Source: an uncultured Desulfobacter sp. (GTDB lineage: Bacteria; Desulfobacterota; Desulfobacteria; Desulfobacterales; Desulfobacteraceae). Taken from it: a stretch of 64,000 bases of DNA. The notes beneath the pieces were generated by a model. That model worked only from the letters and a program-made list of their open reading frames with translations. It was not told the origin of the DNA and did no database searches. Location of the stretch: NCBI GenBank assembly GCA_963665095.1, contig OY762069.1, forward strand, positions 2,144,001 to 2,208,000. Direction: 5' to 3'. This document shows, piece after piece, positions 60,891 to 64,000 of this stretch; position 1 is the first letter of the stretch; the number at the start of each line of letters is the position of its first letter. Both the position numbers and the translations under genes were made by a program.

Positions 60891-61056
60891 CCACTCTCCT
60901 TTTTCTGACAAGCTTAACGTTTAAATAATAAAAGCGATCCTAATAAAGCATAATCTATCGCCAATGGCAAGATCCCTGCCGAAAAACAACTTGCAATTTG
61001 CCCCTGTTTATAGGAAAATTCTTTGATTTAAATTTAATCAGCTTAGGATATACCCC

Positions 61057-62586
61057 ATGATCATCGTAATAGATTTCGGCTCCCAGTTTAACCAGCTTAT
61101 TGCCAGACGGGTCCGGGAAAACAACGTATACTGCCAGGTGGAACCATCTGATATTCCTGTTGAAAAAATCAAGGATTTAAACCCCACCGGTATTATCCTT
61201 TCCGGAGGGCCTTCTTCCATATATGAAGAAAACAGCCCCACCATTGATGCCGGCATTTTCGACCTGGGTGTTCCCATTTTAGGCATCTGCTATGGCATGC
61301 ATTACATGGTCCATACCCTTGGCGGCACCATCAAACAGGCCAGCAAGCGCGAGTATGGATTTGCAGAGCTTAGAATCAAACCTGCCAACCCCCTTTTCAA
61401 AAATATGGAAGACCGTTTTCAATGCTGGATGAGCCATGGAGACTCTGCCAAGGCATTGCCTGACGGGTTTGAAGTCACGGCTGAGACAGATAACACACCC
61501 ATTGCCGCCATTGCCGATTATAAACGAAACCTGTTTGGTCTGCAGTTCCACCCTGAAGTCGAACACTCCATTAACGGAGCTGCCATGATCAAGCATTTTT
61601 TATTTGACGTGTGCGGGTGTGAAAAGAACTGGACCATGAAATCTTTCAGCGACGGTGCCATTGCTCAGATCAAGGAGGCTGTGGGCGACAAAAAAGTAAT
61701 TATGGGCCTTTCCGGGGGCGTGGACTCTTCAGTGGCGGCCACACTGATTCACAAAGCTGTGGGAAAAAATCTGCACTGCATTTTTGTGGACAACGGCCTT
61801 TTGCGGCTCAATGAAAAAGAGCAGCTTGAAGTCAGTCTTCGTGCCAATCTCGACATGAACATCAAATTTGTGGATGCCCGGGATAAATTTTTAACCGCCC
61901 TTGCAGGGGTCACCGACCCTGAACAGAAACGAAAAATCATCGGAAAAATTTTCATTGACGTTTTTGATGCTGAGGCACAAAAGGTGGAGGATGCCCAGTT
62001 TCTCGGTCAGGGGACCTTGTATCCGGACATTATTGAATCAAAATCAGCATTTGGCGGTCCCACATCCGTGATTAAATCCCATCACAATGTCGGGGGCCTG
62101 CCTGAAAAAATGAACCTGAAACTCATTGAGCCCCTCCAGCTGCTGTTTAAAGATGAGGTCAGGAAATTAGGGCTTGAACTTGGCATCAATGAGGACCTGG
62201 TCTGGCGCCAGCCTTTCCCGGGGCCCGGGCTTGCCATCCGCATCATGGGAGACATTACAGAAGAAAGATTAAATGTGCTTCGTAAAGCTGACGATATCCT
62301 GATTCAGGAAATCAGAGCCGCAGGGCTTTACCGGGAACTGTGGCAGTCCTTTGCCGTACTTCTGCCGGTTAAAAGTGTTGGCGTTATGGGTGACAAGCGG
62401 ACCTTTGCCAATTGCGTGGCCATACGTGCAGTGACCTCCAACGATGCCATGACAGCGGACTGGGCCAAGCTGCCCCATGATCTTTTAGGAAAAATTTCCA
62501 ATCGTATCATTAACGAGGTGGAAAAAATCAACAGAGTTGTTTTTGACATTACCTCAAAACCGCCCGGCACCATTGAATGGGAATAA
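61057..62586 (+). CDS. guaA: GMP synthase (glutamine-hydrolysing)
   Basis: DFGSQ, GICYG, QFHPEV, SGGVDS, IKSHHNVGGLP and KPPGTIEWE. Confidence 0.98.
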   Translation: MIIVIDFGSQFNQLIARRVRENNVYCQVEPSDIPVEKIKDLNPTGIILSGGPSSIYEENSPTIDAGIFDLGVPILGICYGMHYMVHTLGGTIKQASKREYGFAELRIKPANPLFKNMEDRFQCWMSHGDSAKALPDGFEVTAETDNTPIAAIADYKRNLFGLQFHPEVEHSINGAAMIKHFLFDVCGCEKNWTMKSFSDGAIAQIKEAVGDKKVIMGLSGGVDSSVAATLIHKAVGKNLHCIFVDNGLLRLNEKEQLEVSLRANLDMNIKFVDARDKFLTALAGVTDPEQKRKIIGKIFIDVFDAEAQKVEDAQFLGQGTLYPDIIESKSAFGGPTSVIKSHHNVGGLPEKMNLKLIEPLQLLFKDEVRKLGLELGINEDLVWRQPFPGPGLAIRIMGDITEERLNVLRKADDILIQEIRAAGLYRELWQSFAVLLPVKSVGVMGDKRTFANCVAIRAVTSNDAMTADWAKLPHDLLGKISNRIINEVEKINRVVFDITSKPPGTIEWE

Positions 62587-62617
62587 AGAACAGGATTCTA
62601 CAGGAACACCGCCGAAA

Positions 62618-63676
62618 ATGAACGAGAATAGATTAGGGGACTATCGAAGATCTGAAGCTGCTGCCCAGGACGAGAATAACGGACCCGGACTCGGAGGTTC
62701 CCTGTACCAGCAGGAAGCCAATACCCTTAAAATTGAAAAGCTCTCCCATAGGGTTACCATCATTTCTGTCATCATTCCGTGTATTATCATTGCCATTCTG
62801 GCATTTGTCTATCTGGACATCCGGGAAAAGGTGGATAAAAAAGATCAGACCCAGGCCGATAAAATGGCCCGGGTAACCAAGGACCTTGAGATCAAGCTCA
62901 ATGCCCTGGATGTTCGTATTGCCAGGGCAACCCACGACCTTGATCAAAAACTGGATGCCATTGAAACCAAGCGGCAGGCCCTTGAAAATCAGACCGCTAA
63001 AATGTCAGCGTCTAAAGTGGATCTCAAGGCCATGGAAACGGCCCTGAAAAAACTTGACCAGCGGATAAAGACCAATGCGGAGCAGGACAAGTCAACCCTT
63101 GCGTCAATGGAGCGTATTAATAAGCAGTTAGGAACCGCCATCGACAAAAATAATGCCGGGCTTAAAAAGGCTGCCGGAGAAATTACAGAAGAGGTCCAGC
63201 AGCTTAAAGACAAAATCGATGCCCGACTTCTCGAACTGGTCGTTTATGAACAAAAAATCAATAACATAGTTCAGGAAACAAGTCGGCTTGACAAAGAAAT
63301 AGCCACCTTGAAACAGGAAACTGCGGCTGCCTATAACGAAAAGCTGATCCAGCTCAAACAGGAGCTGGAAAACCGGATTACTGCTGTTCAGAAAAAAGCT
63401 GACGTCGCCAGTGCGGCTGCAGTTAAGGCTGAGAAAACCGCTGCTGCTGCATTGACCAGGCCGGCCGCAGCGACCGGAACAGCCCAGCCTGCAGCCTCTT
63501 CTGCAGCCAAGTCATCTTCAGCAAAACCATCAACTGGCAAAGCGTCTGAGCCTGGCACTGCGGCCGCGCCTTCGCCTGAAAAGGCCGGCAGTGAAACAAA
63601 ACCGGTTCCGACCTATCAGCCCCCATTGCCGGCAGAAAACAGCTCCGACATCTCGGAACAGACCCTTCTGCAGTAA
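62618..63676 (+). CDS. Membrane-anchored coiled-coil protein with Ala/Pro-rich tail
   Basis: Single TM segment, long heptad region and low-complexity C-terminus; start uncertain. Confidence 0.75.
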   Translation: MNENRLGDYRRSEAAAQDENNGPGLGGSLYQQEANTLKIEKLSHRVTIISVIIPCIIIAILAFVYLDIREKVDKKDQTQADKMARVTKDLEIKLNALDVRIARATHDLDQKLDAIETKRQALENQTAKMSASKVDLKAMETALKKLDQRIKTNAEQDKSTLASMERINKQLGTAIDKNNAGLKKAAGEITEEVQQLKDKIDARLLELVVYEQKINNIVQETSRLDKEIATLKQETAAAYNEKLIQLKQELENRITAVQKKADVASAAAVKAEKTAAAALTRPAAATGTAQPAASSAAKSSSAKPSTGKASEPGTAAAPSPEKAGSETKPVPTYQPPLPAENSSDISEQTLLQ

Positions 63677-63679
63677 GGA

Positions 63680-64000
63680 ATGAGCCAGACATCTCCATCC
63701 AGTACCAGACTGCGTGTAGAAGCCGGTCTTATGGGGCGTTCCCGGGATTTTTCCGCATCGTTTATGGATGTTCAGTATATTGGCCGCCAGGTGGCAGACC
63801 GTCCCTTAACCACCACTTTCCAGACGCTTTCAGCACTTTTTTGTGTGCTTGAATCCTGCCGGTTCGATTCACAAAAACAGATCTATTTTTTATACCATGA
63901 AGCCGCCTTAACGCTTGTGAACATGGCCCAGACCCGGGAATGTCCCTTCAGGCAGACCATTTTGCCAAAGCTTGAATCGCTCATGCTAAAAAGTTCAGGG
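63680..64000 (+). CDS. Hypothetical protein (5' part; runs off the window)
   Basis: ATG at 63680 after AAGG; open to the window end (MSQTSPSSTRLRVEAGLMGRSRDFSASFMDVQY...). Confidence 0.7.
   Translation, partial: MSQTSPSSTRLRVEAGLMGRSRDFSASFMDVQYIGRQVADRPLTTTFQTLSALFCVLESCRFDSQKQIYFLYHEAALTLVNMAQTRECPFRQTILPKLESLMLKSSG

Noticed and set aside
63680..64000. Possible SidJ-related pseudokinase N-terminus
   Set aside because: Only a vague recollected resemblance; no catalytic region lies in the window, so it is left as hypothetical.

Overview
The window looks like the chromosome of a sulfate-reducing Desulfobacteraceae-like bacterium (inferred from gene content). The left part is core or signalling DNA: comEC (partial), murA, a 6S RNA, dodecin, tRNA-Leu(TAA), a PilZ protein, an MshEN-type GspE/PilB ATPase, an HDOD protein, deaD and a FecR-OmpA-CHASE2/HD-GYP module. 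The right part is housekeeping: ssrA, smpB, ptsI/ptsH, LOG, a class I adenylate cyclase fused to pentapeptide repeats, parEC, mltF, rne/rng, yajC-secDF, cpoB, dprA, topA, efp and guaA. Between them is a ~22.6 kb island integrated in the 3' end of tmRNA, bounded by a 26-bp direct repeat at 14346-14371 and 36931-36956. It carries two four-gene AAA+-ATPase transposons, each with a 6-bp target duplication; removing them leaves a ~15.7 kb element with no recognisable capsid, terminase or conjugation genes, resembling a phage satellite. That element has a CI/Cro switch with three operators, a C4/CI-type antisense RNA, two modular antirepressors, a primase-helicase followed by an iteron origin, two tyrosine recombinases, a serine resolvase with a res site, a HigBA-like TA pair and, unusually, Mu-like regulators (GemA/gp16-like, two Mor-family proteins). 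Reconstructing the interrupted genes shows a tandem double-Mor protein and an antirepressor that carries a paralogue of the primase's C-terminal domain. The IS21-like element has two extra genes and three identical 10-mers spaced exactly 69 bp apart. A decayed remnant of a sibling island lies just outside the left att site.
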